Shown here piece after piece: positions 12,983 through 24,639 of a DNA stretch of 64,000 bases. A program made the translations under genes and the position numbers. Each line of letters starts with the position of its first letter. Position 1 is the stretch's first letter. Source of the stretch: Octopus vulgaris (Eukaryota); the NCBI GenBank assembly GCA_951406725.2, contig OX597818.1:121148001-121212000 (forward strand). The letters run 5' to 3'. The notes below the pieces were generated by a model that saw only the letters and a program-made list of their open reading frames with translations, was not told where the DNA came from and did not search any database.

Positions 12983-13393
12983 GGCGCAGGAGTGGCTGTG
13001 TGGTAAGTAGCTTGCTAACCAACCACATGATTCCAGGTTCAGTCTCACTGCGTGGCATCTTGGGCAAGTGTCTTCTGCTATAGCCCCGGGCCGACCAATG
13101 CCTTGTGAGTGGATTTGGTAGACGGAAACTGAAAGAAGCCTGTCGTACATATGTATATATATATATAAGTGTGTGTGTATATGTTTGTGTGTCTGTGTTT
13201 GTCCCCCTAGCATTGCTTGACAACCGATGCTGGTGTGTTTACGTCCCCGTCACTTAGCGGTTCGGCAAAAGGGACCGATAGAATAAGTACTGGGCTTACA
13301 AAGAATAAGTCCCGGGGTCGATTTGCTCGACTAAAGGCGGTGCTCCAGCATGGCCGCAGTCAAATGACTGAAACAAGTAAAAGAGTAAAGAGT
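12983..13393 (+). mobile_element. tRNA-derived SINE family B with internal (TA)/(TG) microsatellite
   Basis: Head GGCGCAGGAGTGGCTGTGTGGTAAG...GGTTCAGT, tail GAAACAAGTAAAAGAGTAAAGAGTA. Confidence 0.88.
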
Positions 13394-13619
13394 ATGTCTA
13401 AAAGTTGATGAACCACCTATTGATCCCTTCCATTTTCTTATTGCTCTATAAATTAATGTTAAAATATCTCTTCATCTTAACTCATTTAGTACACTCGGTA
13501 ATGTAATTGCAATGCAATAAAAACACTTGTGTATAAATAATTGGGTATTCTACCAACAGTATATTGGATAGATGTTATCCCTTAGTTGGTTGGATTCACA
13601 ACCTCTAACTTTCTTGGAA

Positions 13620-13621
13620 AT

Positions 13622-13704
<83 letters not shown>

Positions 13705-13714
13705 TATACATATA

Positions 13715-13753
<39 letters not shown>

Positions 13754-13806
13754 ATGTATGTATATATATATGTATATATATATATGTATGTATGTATATA
13801 TGTTTA

Positions 13807-13863
<57 letters not shown>
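13620..13863. repeat. (TA)n-rich microsatellite
   Basis: Directly visible. Confidence 0.95.
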
Positions 13864-13865
<2 letters not shown>

Positions 13866-15090
13866 AGAATATCATATCAATAGTTGATCTGCTTCTTCTA
13901 AAGCCACACTGCGATTCCGGATAGATTCGAGAAGCAAGTAGTTGTAGCCTGGCCAGGATAACGCGAGCAAAGGTCTTTCCAACAGTGCTTAGAAGAGATA
14001 TTCCACGGTAATTTTTACAATCACCACGGTCACCTTTGTTTTTGTAAAGCGTAATGGTGTTAGCATCCCGCATATCCTGAGGGACTGTACCCTCAGAAAC
14101 GTCCTGATCAAGGAAATGCTATTTTCTGATGCTGCTGCTCTGGTATCACACACAGAAGAAGCCCTCCAAAGGCTCATCAACTGTTTTGAGCAAGCATGTA
14201 ACGACTTTGGCTTAGCTATCAGCCTTAAGAAGACCAACATCATGGGTCAGGCTACATCGGACATCCCAAACATACATATTGGAGACCATAGATTACAGGA
14301 GATGGAGAAGTTTACCTATCTTGGCTCTACCGTCACCTACAACCTATCCCTTGACGCTGAGCTCAATATACGCATTGGCAAGGCAGCTGCTGCGATGGCC
14401 CAACTCTCCAAACGGGCATGGGACAACAATAAGCTGACCAAGACCACGAAAATGAAGATCTACCAGGCATGTGTACTTAGCACTCTACTGTATGGAAGTG
14501 AGACTTGGACGCTATACACACGCCAAGAGCGTCGCCTAAACATCTTTCACCTGCGCTGCCTCCGGAAAATCCTCTGCATCAAATGACAGAATCATATCCC
14601 CAACAAAGATGTCATCAAGGAAGCAGGAATACCAAGCATGTTTGCACTCCTCACACAAAGACGTATGAGATGGCTTGGGCATGTTAGCCGTATGAAAGAT
14701 GGCAGAATCCCCAAGGACATACTCTACAGAGAGCTTGCTAGGGGTACTAGGTCTGTAGGTAGACCGTTCTTACGTTACAAGGATGTTTGCAAAAGGGACA
14801 TGAAAGCCTGCAACATCAATATTAGCAGTTGGGAAGCAATTGCCAGCAACCGTGGAGATTGGCGACGTACCGTAAAAGAGGGAATACAAAGGAGTGACAG
14901 AGAGAGAGAGGAGAAATGGAAAGACAAGAAAATACGTCAACAAGAAACTATGACGATACAACCAGCCAGGAACAGTCTTCGCTACATTTGCGGTACCTGC
15001 CAGAGGGAGTGTTTGTCCAGGATAGGACTACACAGCCACAGCAGGAAATGTATCAGCACTATCAGACAAAAAGGATATCAACAACAACAA
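13864..15090 (+). mobile_element. RTE (BovB-like) LINE fragment with inverted 5' part (13864-~14092 on minus), inactive
   Basis: Minus arm EGTVPQDMRDA...NYRGISLL...ESQCGFR...DMIFS; plus arm LFSDAAAL (decayed FADD), FTYLGS, LLYGSETW, stop at 14584, C-terminal CxxC...HxxxC, (CAA)n tail. Confidence 0.9.
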
Positions 15091-15095
15091 TATAT

Positions 15096-15475
<380 letters not shown>

Positions 15476-15759
15476 CAGAGTTTGGCCAAAAGTCACCTGA
15501 CAATAAATCAAAACCATTTAATTCCAAGATTTATTTATGTTTAACAACTGAATGAATTTAATAAAAGCATCTAAATATGAAACATCATGAAAATTGAATA
15601 TTAGATATTTATGGAATTTTGATTTACTGTCGGGTGACGCTTGGTCAAACCTGTATATATATTCTTTTAGTGGCTTCAGTTAATCTACTGCGGCCATGGT
15701 GGAGCACCACCTTATTGTTATTTACAGATTACCATTTTTTACAATTTTGTTGAAGTTTA

Positions 15760-16090
15760 TGGATGGAAGTTGGTCTATAATTGAGTTAGTAGCGGCTGAT
15801 CCTTCTTGGGTATAACCTTATATAGTTGGCTGGTCCGATATTTTGGCCAAGAGTTCATCCAACGAGTTCTTGAATGTTTCGATAGAGGTATCTTTTATGT
15901 TTTGGATTTCATCAGGTCGACAGATGAACGCTCGAGGACTTCTAAATATCCGATTGTAATAATATAGTGTCCTTGCTTGTGATTTTGAAAGTGGTATACG
16001 CGGAAGCTGGCAGTATCTGCCAGTTCTTGCATAAAAATTTCCTGCACTACCGAAATTTGAAACATAACCTATTAGAATCTTCCATGCGTA
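15760..16090 (-). mobile_element. CR1/Jockey-type LINE 3' remnant
   Basis: YIIIYAWKILIG...IETFKNSLDELLAKISDQP, typical of LINE C-termini. Confidence 0.6.
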
Positions 16091-17112
16091 AATGATGATA
16101 TATTCTGTAGCGTAGACTCGGGTGAAATTCCTCTCTCCCATTTATTATATATACGTGCATTCGAACGTAGCAGGGAACAGATAACCTTTGGCCGCTGTTT
16201 GGATCCCGTTGTGTCCACTTCTCAGATTGGTTGGTATTGGCGCAATTTGTCTCTTATTCTATTGCACCAACTTACCGCTATAACCAGTCGGCAGCCCTAA
16301 ATAGAATCACGTGGGACAGCCTCTTTAGCACCCTATTTTGAGCCTACAGTTTCTTATAAAAACTCAGCTTTTCCTCGTTCAGGTATCTTTGGTTCCAGAC
16401 CTTTTAAGGTCTAGTCACTGACCACAAAGACACAGCCAGTTCCAGCGACAACGCCATACATCACCATCACTGCAGCTATGTGGAGACTTACCAGCTTCAT
16501 CCAACAGCATTATGACACCTCCGTCTTCGTCGCCGCATTCATGTCCTTCTTAACGTCGTCAACATTATCTCTCTATGTACACAGCTCAGCAAGCAATGCC
16601 CCCGGGTTCCAACATTTCACTGTTCGTGAATTATTTCACCACGGACCAACAGTGAATATACAACCTGTATGAACTCCTGTACAAGTGACCTAGGCAGCAG
16701 CATCACAGCCCGTATGACATGACTTCCCGTATGACATGTACCTGTAACCGGTTCAGCATTATGGGCGCGACTTCTTGATACAGTATTTCAACTACCGTGT
16801 ACGATTGACTCCGAATTGGTGTTATTCATCTTTCTTGTGTCTCAGAACTTACTTCTCACTTCGATGGCTATAAACTCTTTCACTGTCTACATCTTCATCG
16901 CCATCCTTAAATGTACTTAACACACGCGCATTCATCCATGCACACACACACGCATGCGTTTTGTACTCGCGATGGCCTTGTCTATTATTCTGCATACATG
17001 AGACACACATGTTAACATATCAATAAATGTTCTTTTAATCATTCTCACGCGGTTGTGTCTCTTTCCCATCTGGCACTCATATTTGTTCTATTCAGTTACT
17101 CTCTATTGTATC

Positions 17113-17336
17113 TGTTTCTTTATTACCCACAAGGGGCCAAACACAGAGGGGACAAACAAGGACGGACAAACGGATCAAGTCGATTACATCGACACCAGTG
17201 CGTAACTGGTACTAATTTATTGACCCCGAAAGGATGAAAGGCAAAGTCGACCTCGGCGGAACTTGAACTCAGAACGTAACGGCAGACGAAATACGGCTAC
17301 GCATTTCGCCCGGCGTGTTAACGGTTCTGCCAGCTC
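17113..17336 (-). mobile_element. SINE family A
   Basis: Head, core and tail present. Confidence 0.85.
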
Positions 17337-17550
17337 TGTATCGGTCGTGTGATGCAGTACTAAAGAACCATTCTCGTCACCTCATATCGCACGGCCTTAC
17401 AAATCGGTGACCCGACTTAGAACACACTTCCACGGTCTATTACAATTCCTTTCGGCGTCATTCAATTACATTTCGACTGCTCTGAACTGTTGGGTTCTAG
17501 TGGGGATTTCTTGCAATCACCTTTCAGCTTGACGGTTGTGTGCACCCATT

Positions 17551-17882
17551 GGATCTTTTCCTTTTGATAGCCAGATTTCAACACAATTTCTAGTTAACTA
17601 AACGCTTTAAAACTTCGTATACTGGTAGAATGTGTCAAAAGAAAACATTATTTTCACTTGGCTTGTTTTTGATAATTTGTAATTTGTAAGTTTAACATAG
17701 TTTAATTCTTCGAATTTTAACCAATGAATCGCCTGTATTTGAGCTGAAATCATTTGCTGCGTCTAAAAAAAACAAATAAAAATAATGTTTTCTTTTGACA
17801 CATTCTACCAGTATACGAAGTTTTAAAGTGTTTAGTTAACTAGAAATTGTTTTGAAATATGGCTATCAAAAGGAAAAGATCC
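17551..17882. mobile_element. Foldback MITE with GGATCTTTTC termini, ~105-bp arms and 8-bp TSD
   Basis: Flanks CACCCATT / CAGCCATT. Confidence 0.85.
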
Positions 17883-18160
17883 CAGCCATTTCCAAGCGAC
17901 GGTTTTTGACCGATATACATCAGTAAACTACTGTTAGTCTGCTTTCCCCCCATAAGTTGTGGGTTCACTTGTTATGTAACTCTTTGTTGGTAGATTTTTT
18001 AAATGTGTTCAGCATTTCATAAGTTATTTTGCATGTCTGTCAAAGAAACCTGAATGATATTTGTTGCTGCTCCCGCAAATGATGTCGCCGTTGTTGTATC
18101 GGTGCTCCTACTGCTTGGGGCAGTCACCTGTTGTGGTGGTATTTGAAGGTGGTATTAAAA

Positions 18161-18391
18161 GGCGGCGAGCTGGTAGAATCGTTAGCACGCCGGGCGAAAT
18201 GCGTAGCCGTATTTCGCCTGCCGCTACGTTCTGAGTTCAAATTCCGCCGAGGTCGACTTTGCCGTTCATCCTTTCGGGTTCGATTAAATAAGTACCAGTT
18301 ACACACTGGGGTCGATATAATCGACTTAATCCGTTTGTCTGTCTTTGTTTGTCCTCTCTGTGTTTAGCCCCTTGTGGGTAATAAAGAAATA
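18161..18391 (+). mobile_element. SINE family A
   Basis: Full length, CpG intact. Confidence 0.88.
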
Positions 18392-19176
18392 GGTATCTAA
18401 AATTAAATACATTTTCATACCCATATATAATCTAGATATCACTTATTAGAATAAAATTTGCACAAACAAGCACTCGTCTGGTTGACCGTCGTAAACTTCA
18501 CAGCTCGTGAAATAATTACTTTCATACGTATATTACTTAATCATATGATACACACTATCACTCAAACAAGCTGTCACGAATTCCCAAAATTCGACACTCA
18601 CACATATTACCGTACAAACCTATTACACACAAAGACTTCCTTATACAAACCAACGCAACCATAATGTCGGGCAACACATTTAGCATTTGTCTCACAAATT
18701 TAGCATTTGTCTAACAAACAAACCTAACCCTTTACAAGTTTACTTAAGATTTCCGTCATTGCGAACAAAACAGAAAATTCACAATCTAGGGGACATAACT
18801 CTGTAAACGAAGATGTGTGTTATGGCTCTTCGACTGCTTCGTTTCTTCTTATTTTCTCATACTTTCTGACCATTTATCGTTCTAAATAAAGTTGTCTTTG
18901 TTCATGATTAGACATTTTTTTTTGTTTACCTCAAGTGTTTATGCAAATGAAATTGTACCTTATTAGAGTTTAAGTGTTAGTGTCGTATGAAGCTTACATG
19001 TAATTTTAATGGCTTTATTCGTTCTATAAGTTAAACGTTCATCATGTAATATACAACACACACACAATTTGTTTCCATATTCGCACACACACATACGCAT
19101 ACAAACCAATTTTTTTTAGCGTCAACCAAATACACCCTGTTCATTTTTATCTCATTTCATGTTTTTTTTTGTTTAC

Positions 19177-19207
<31 letters not shown>

Positions 19208-19434
19208 AAGTATGGAAGTTTAGTTCACAGGTGGTCTAAACAATTAGATACGCTGGGTAAGTGCTGTAACGGATTACTAGGGCTCCAACGATATAGACGA
19301 AACGGTAGTCATGGAGCCATTGCAGATTTCCGATATAGCGGATATATAATTGTTAAAGAGGACAACAAACGTTAAGGAAAGGCAAACATCCCCAAAACAA
19401 CTCTAAGACTTTTTTTTGCAATAATAATAATGTA

Positions 19435-22305
19435 TTGAGATGTTTGCCTTGCCTCAACAATTATATGTATAACAATTTAACAATTATATATATGAATATA
19501 TATATAATTGAGGTAATCAGAGTATGTGACAGAATACTTAAGATTAGATTAGTGCTTCATCATAGTTTAGCAACCATTATATCAGCCTATGCTCCTCAGT
19601 CGGGGCTACCCGATGGACAGAAAGACCGATTCTATGACACTCTACTGCAGACTACCTCGTTGACGAACGACAGAGACCTTATCTTTGTGGCTGGTGACTT
19701 CAATGGTCACGTTGGACGACATGCTGGGGGCTTCCATGGCGTACATGGAGGCTATGGCTATGGCTCCCGCAACGAGGAGGGAACCAGGCTGCTGGAGTTC
19801 TGCGATGCAAATAATCTTATGATTTGCAACACTAACTTCAGGAAACCTACCAGCCACCTAGTCACTTACCAATCGGGCCAACATACCAGCCAAATTGACT
19901 ACATCCTTACAAGGCAAAGGGAGAGATGGCTGCTTATAAATGCCAAAACCTTCCCAGGTGAAGAATGTACCCCACAACATAGACTGGTAGTTAGTGACTT
20001 TAGGATCAGGACTAGGAGGACAACCAGAAGACGACAAATATGGAGAAGAAGGATCTGGAAGCTTAAAGATCCTGCAAATGGACAGAGATTTAGGGACATA
20101 TTACTTGAAGCCTCTGACGAAGTAGAAGGGGATAGAGCATCACAGGGGGTAGAAGACAGCTGGACGTTTCTAAGGGACAACCTGCTGAGAGCCACTGACC
20201 AGATCTGTGGCTGGTGCAAAGTCCCCTCTCGACCTAGAATAACGTGGTGGTGGAACAATATTGTAGACAGGGCTATTAGAGAAAAGAGACAGGCTTGGAA
20301 GGTCTGGAAAAATGGGGGTAGCAGGGGATTGTATCAGACTGCCAAAAGAGAAGCTAGGAGACAGGTTTATTTAGCCAGAGGGGAAGCAGATAAGAAAAAC
20401 TTTGCCAATGTTCTGCGCCGTGAGGACCAAAGACTGGAGGTGTTTCGTGTTGCAAGACAGTGTGTGAGAGAGAATCGTGATGTGGTAGGAGAGAAGTGTG
20501 TTCGCATGGAAGATGGTTCACTTGCGCTAAATGAGGATGCAAAGAGAGAGGTTTGGAGATGCCACTATGAAAGGTTGCTGAATGAAGAAAATGAATGGGA
20601 TAAAGAGAGTCTGCCGAATGTTGACCCAACAGAGGGACCAGCTATCCGAGTTGATAGTTCCGTGGTAGCTAAGGCAATTAGAAGCATGAAGACAGGGAAA
20701 ACCCCAGGCCCATCAGGAATCACTGCAGAGATGCTCAAAATGTCTGGTAGTGTCGGCTATAGCCTAGTCACCCGTATAGTTAATCAGGTGATACACAAAG
20801 GGGTCATACCCAATGACTGGTGTAGCAGTATAATAGTCAACTGCTACAAAGGTAAATGTGATGCCCTAGATACAAATAACTACAGAGGTATCAAGCTGTT
20901 GGACCAGGTGATGAAGGTTACGGAGAGGGTCATAGCCCAACTAATTAGAGAGAGAGTTAGTTTAGATGAGATGCAGTTTGGGTTTGTGCCAGGGAAAAGT
21001 ACTACTGATGCTATATTCCTGGTAAGGCAGCTGCAGGAGAAATACCTAGCCAAAGATAAGCCCCTGTACCTGGCTTTTGTTGACATGGAGAAAGCCTTCG
21101 ACAGGGTCCCCCGATCCCTTATCTGGTGGGCAATGGGGAAACTAGGGATAGATGAATGGTTAGTGAGAGCTGTGCGGGCCATGTATAGGGACGCCGCTAG
21201 TAGGGTGAGGGTTGGAAATGTGTACAGTGAAGGATTCCGGGTAGAGGTAGGAGTCCACCAAGGCTCAGTACTCAGCCCCCTCCTATTTATCATAGTCCTC
21301 CAGGCAATAACGGAGGAATTCAAGACAGGATGCCCTTGGGAGCTCCTCTATGCTGATGACCTTGCTCTAATTGCTGAGTCGCTATCAGAACTAGAGGAGA
21401 AGTTTCAGGTGTTGAAACAAGGATTAGAATCGAAGGGCCTCAGAGTCAATCTAGCTAAAACCAAAGTCGTAATCAGTAGGAAGGTAGACAAATCACAAAC
21501 ACCTTCAGGTAGATGGCCCTGCTCGATCTGTAGAAAAGGTGTAGGTAGAAACTCTATAAGATGCACCAAGTGTAAGCTATGGACACATAAGAGATGCAGC
21601 AATGTCAAAGGAAGGCTAACTAGGAAGATGGTTTTTGTATGTGGCAGATGCTCAGGAACAATAAACACTGAAAATGCTCTGAGACCAACTTCCGTCACTT
21701 TCCAGGGAGAAAAACTAGAAATAGTTGATAGTTTCCGTTACCTAGGTGACCAAGTCAGCAGCGGGGGCGGGTGTGCTGAAAGTGTAACTGCTAGAGTAAG
21801 AATAGCTTGGGCAAAGTTCAGAGAGCTCTTACCTCTGCTGGTGACAAAAGGCCTCTCGCACAGAGTGAAAGGCAGACTGTATGATGCGTGTGTACGAACA
21901 GCCATGCTACATGGCAGTGAAACATGGGCCGTGACTGCTGAGGATATGCGTAAGCTCGCTAGAAATGAAGCCAGTATGCTCCGATGGATGTGTAATGCCG
22001 GTACTCACACTCGGCAGAGTGTAAGTACCTTGAGAGAAAAGCTGGACCTAAGAAGCATCAGTTGTGGTGTGCAAGAGAGACGTTTGCGCTGGTATGGTCA
22101 TGTGGCGAGAATGGATGAAGATAGTTGTGTGAAAAAGTGCCACACCCTAGCGGTTGAGGGAACCTGTGGAAGAGGCAGACCCAGGAAAACCTGGGACGAG
22201 GTGGTGAAGCACGACCTTCGAACTTTAGGTCTCACTGAGGAAATGACTAGAGACCGAGACCTCTGGAAGTGTGCTGTGCGCGAGAAGACCCGGCAGGACA
22301 AGTGA
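19435..22305 (+). CDS. LINE ORF (AP endonuclease + reverse transcriptase); homology starts near 19507 and the endonuclease N-terminus is missing
   Basis: 956-aa ORF in the track; the first ~24 residues are translated flank. Confidence 0.85.
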   Translation: MRCLPCLNNYMYNNLTIIYMNIYIIEVIRVCDRILKIRLVLHHSLATIISAYAPQSGLPDGQKDRFYDTLLQTTSLTNDRDLIFVAGDFNGHVGRHAGGFHGVHGGYGYGSRNEEGTRLLEFCDANNLMICNTNFRKPTSHLVTYQSGQHTSQIDYILTRQRERWLLINAKTFPGEECTPQHRLVVSDFRIRTRRTTRRRQIWRRRIWKLKDPANGQRFRDILLEASDEVEGDRASQGVEDSWTFLRDNLLRATDQICGWCKVPSRPRITWWWNNIVDRAIREKRQAWKVWKNGGSRGLYQTAKREARRQVYLARGEADKKNFANVLRREDQRLEVFRVARQCVRENRDVVGEKCVRMEDGSLALNEDAKREVWRCHYERLLNEENEWDKESLPNVDPTEGPAIRVDSSVVAKAIRSMKTGKTPGPSGITAEMLKMSGSVGYSLVTRIVNQVIHKGVIPNDWCSSIIVNCYKGKCDALDTNNYRGIKLLDQVMKVTERVIAQLIRERVSLDEMQFGFVPGKSTTDAIFLVRQLQEKYLAKDKPLYLAFVDMEKAFDRVPRSLIWWAMGKLGIDEWLVRAVRAMYRDAASRVRVGNVYSEGFRVEVGVHQGSVLSPLLFIIVLQAITEEFKTGCPWELLYADDLALIAESLSELEEKFQVLKQGLESKGLRVNLAKTKVVISRKVDKSQTPSGRWPCSICRKGVGRNSIRCTKCKLWTHKRCSNVKGRLTRKMVFVCGRCSGTINTENALRPTSVTFQGEKLEIVDSFRYLGDQVSSGGGCAESVTARVRIAWAKFRELLPLLVTKGLSHRVKGRLYDACVRTAMLHGSETWAVTAEDMRKLARNEASMLRWMCNAGTHTRQSVSTLREKLDLRSISCGVQERRLRWYGHVARMDEDSCVKKCHTLAVEGTCGRGRPRKTWDEVVKHDLRTLGLTEEMTRDRDLWKCAVREKTRQDK

Positions 22306-22916
22306 GTCCATAACCCGTGGCCTTCTACATGGGATGGAGCCGGCCTACGTATGCATACCTTCCCTTCTTGGGACACAAAACTCTACTTGTGAAGACGTGT
22401 TGAGGCAAGTGAGGATCAGAATCGAAATCGATCAATGGAAATTGCGGATGTGCTACCAGTGCCGGTGGCATGTCAAAACTCTGCTTGTGAAGACCCGTTG
22501 AGGCAAGTGAGGATCAGAATCGAAATCGATCAATGGAAATCGATCAATGGAAATTGCAGATGTGTTACCAGTGCCGGTGGCATGTAAGAGAACTTTCCGT
22601 TTCGCGACCGTTGCCAGCACCGCCCCGTTTCGTGTCCGTTGCCAGCCTCGCCTGGCCCTCGTGCCGGTGGCACATAAAAAGCACCATCCGTTCGTGGCCG
22701 TTTGCCAGCTCTGTCTGGCACCAGTGCGGGTGGCACGTAAAAAGCACCCACTACACTCACGGAGTGGTTGGCGTTAGGAAGGGCATCCAGCCGTAGAAAC
22801 ACTGCCAGATTTCACTGGGCCTGATGAAGCCTTCTGGCTTCACAGACCCCAGTAGAACCGTCCAACCCATGCTAGCATGGAAAACGGACGCTAAACGATG
22901 ATGATGATGATGATGA

Positions 22917-22920
<4 letters not shown>
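19507..22920 (+). mobile_element. RTE-clade LINE, 5'-truncated, with intact remaining ORF, repetitive 3' UTR and (GAT)n tail
   Basis: APE motifs (SAYAPQ, AGDFNGHVG, QIDYIL), RT motifs (NYRGIKLL, QFGF, DMEKAFD, GVHQGSVLSP, YADD at 21349-21360, FRYLG), RTE C-terminus RGRPRKTW. TA repeats on both sides. Confidence 0.95.
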
Positions 22921-22950
<30 letters not shown>

Positions 22951-23159
22951 GAGAGTTATAGAAAAATAAAACGGGTGTATGAACTCGGGAAAATGAAAAT
23001 GTCTTTTACATTTCGAGCCTACGCTCTTCAACAAAAAGTGATAATAGAAAATAAAAATGTAGATTTCAGCGGTCTACCTAATCCTATAAAACCTTTTCCC
23101 TTGTAACTCATCTTGCACAATATTTACACTGAATTATCCTTTCGAAACCGTTCTACATC

Positions 23160-24083
23160 AGACGAGTAAGTGGCATATGGAGCGTCGAAAGGCCCTCCGG
23201 CTATTCCAGCGGTCGGGCAACGGTGGGGGTTCCTACACGTTTTTTATATAGTGGGTTGGTAGAGTCTGATTGTGACGATGGCCTGGGGGAAACTCTAGGT
23301 CTCGGGTATATTCAACTCGACAGCCTGTTCCACCGTACATTCGGGTTGAGAACGTTGGACAATTTCCAAAAGTCCTTGACCTGGCAATGTTACAGGGACG
23401 CCTTGCCCGTTTGGGATAATCGCGCAAGACATAAAAAGTCTCAATCTCCAACCTATCCAAGATGCGGGCGAGATAGGGAAACCGTCCCTAACGCTATTGT
23501 CCAGTGCCCGGAGATATCAGAAATGTGGGTTTATGCTGAACACCTGTTGTCCGGCGAAGGAAGAGTACAGCTGTCGACTAAGTCAATCATAAAAATTGAC
23601 CCACCGGAATTTTTAACAAATGAAGGTAAGAATTGTTTTCTCATTGTTGTTGCAATAGCGAAAGAGGCAGTATGGAAGACTAGGATAAAAGGGATTAAGA
23701 CGAGTAACTTTATCTCTGGCCACGAGTCAAGATCGTTTTTCACTTGAAAAGGAACGTGTGGCTGGAGAAGAGATGCCTGTCGGAGAGTGTGTTCAAAAAT
23801 AGATGGAAACATGTTGCACGAATGCTGTGCGTGCAAGGAACCATGTGAATAAGACGAAGAAAAAAATGGTACCAGCGATAGATCGAGGCTTGTGGGGTCG
23901 GAGCGTGGCCTGATCATCGCTTCATTTTTTATATTGTCTTTGTATTGTTAATTTCATTCGATTTTTTAAATATTGTATTTAAATGTTTAAAGTCACATTA
24001 TATGTAAAATCATATCGAATTACTGATCCCATCAGTTGTTCTGTCCATTTCTATGTTTGGCCTCCGGTGGGCAATAAAGAAAT
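23160..24083 (+). mobile_element. Tx1/L1-clade LINE 3' fragment (zf-RVT-like region plus 3' UTR)
   Basis: WQCYRDALPV...PRCGRDRETVPNAIVQC resembles the L1/Tx1 CxxC-ET-H-C finger; ends GTGGGCAATAAAGAAAT. Confidence 0.7.
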
Positions 24084-24084
24084 T

Positions 24085-24248
24085 GGTATTTCGTCTGCCG
24101 CTATGTTCTGAGTTCAAATTCCGCCGAGGTCGACTTTGCCTTTCATCCTTTCGGGGTCGATAAATTAAATACTAGTTGTGTACTGGGGTCGATCTAATCG
24201 ACTGGTCCCCTCTCCCAAAATTTCGGGCCTTGTGCCTAAAGTAGAAAA
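24085..24248 (+). mobile_element. SINE family A, headless, fused to the Tx1-like 3' end
   Basis: Begins at GGTATTTCGTCTGCCG. Confidence 0.8.
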
Positions 24249-24639
24249 AGGGAAAAAAAAATTATAAAAATTTTTTTTTGTAGATGTGTACTCGCACGTC
24301 AGCTCCGATCGAACTGTTCTGTACCATTCAAACAGTTACCTGGATGACCAGGCGCACCCAACAGGTCCATCTTTCTAGTTACACTAGATCGCTTACTAGC
24401 TAGGGATTACACTCGATCGCTTTCTAGCTAAGGACTACACTCCTTCTTTGACATGCAGCATGAATTACATGAGTCCCAGTGTGACGGTCTGGTCGTATTA
24501 AGCCCTCTCCGCTGATTAATCTATATCTGTATGCTCAGAAGTTATAATGCTGACTACAGCAAAGGCAAACAAGGCTAACTTGTTACAGAATTCATCTGTA
24601 CTTGGTGGTAGTGTGTAACCCGGCGCTGTATTTGGTTCT

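Noticed and set aside
12939-13223. Recurrent peptide RRASFSFRLPNPLTRLWSARGY in several ORFs
   Set aside because: Antisense translation of SINE family B, not a gene family.
18161-18250. tRNA genes at SINE heads
   Set aside because: A/B boxes are present but no complete cloverleaf, and each continues into a SINE body.
22821-22850. CTGATGA followed by an AGCC/GGCT hairpin in the RTE 3' UTR
   Set aside because: No GAAA after the stem, and other copies read GGTGCAG here; not a hammerhead.
24279-24558. Possible solo LTR (TGTAG...CTACA) with an internal 28-bp tandem repeat
   Set aside because: No TSD and no second copy in the window; insufficient support.
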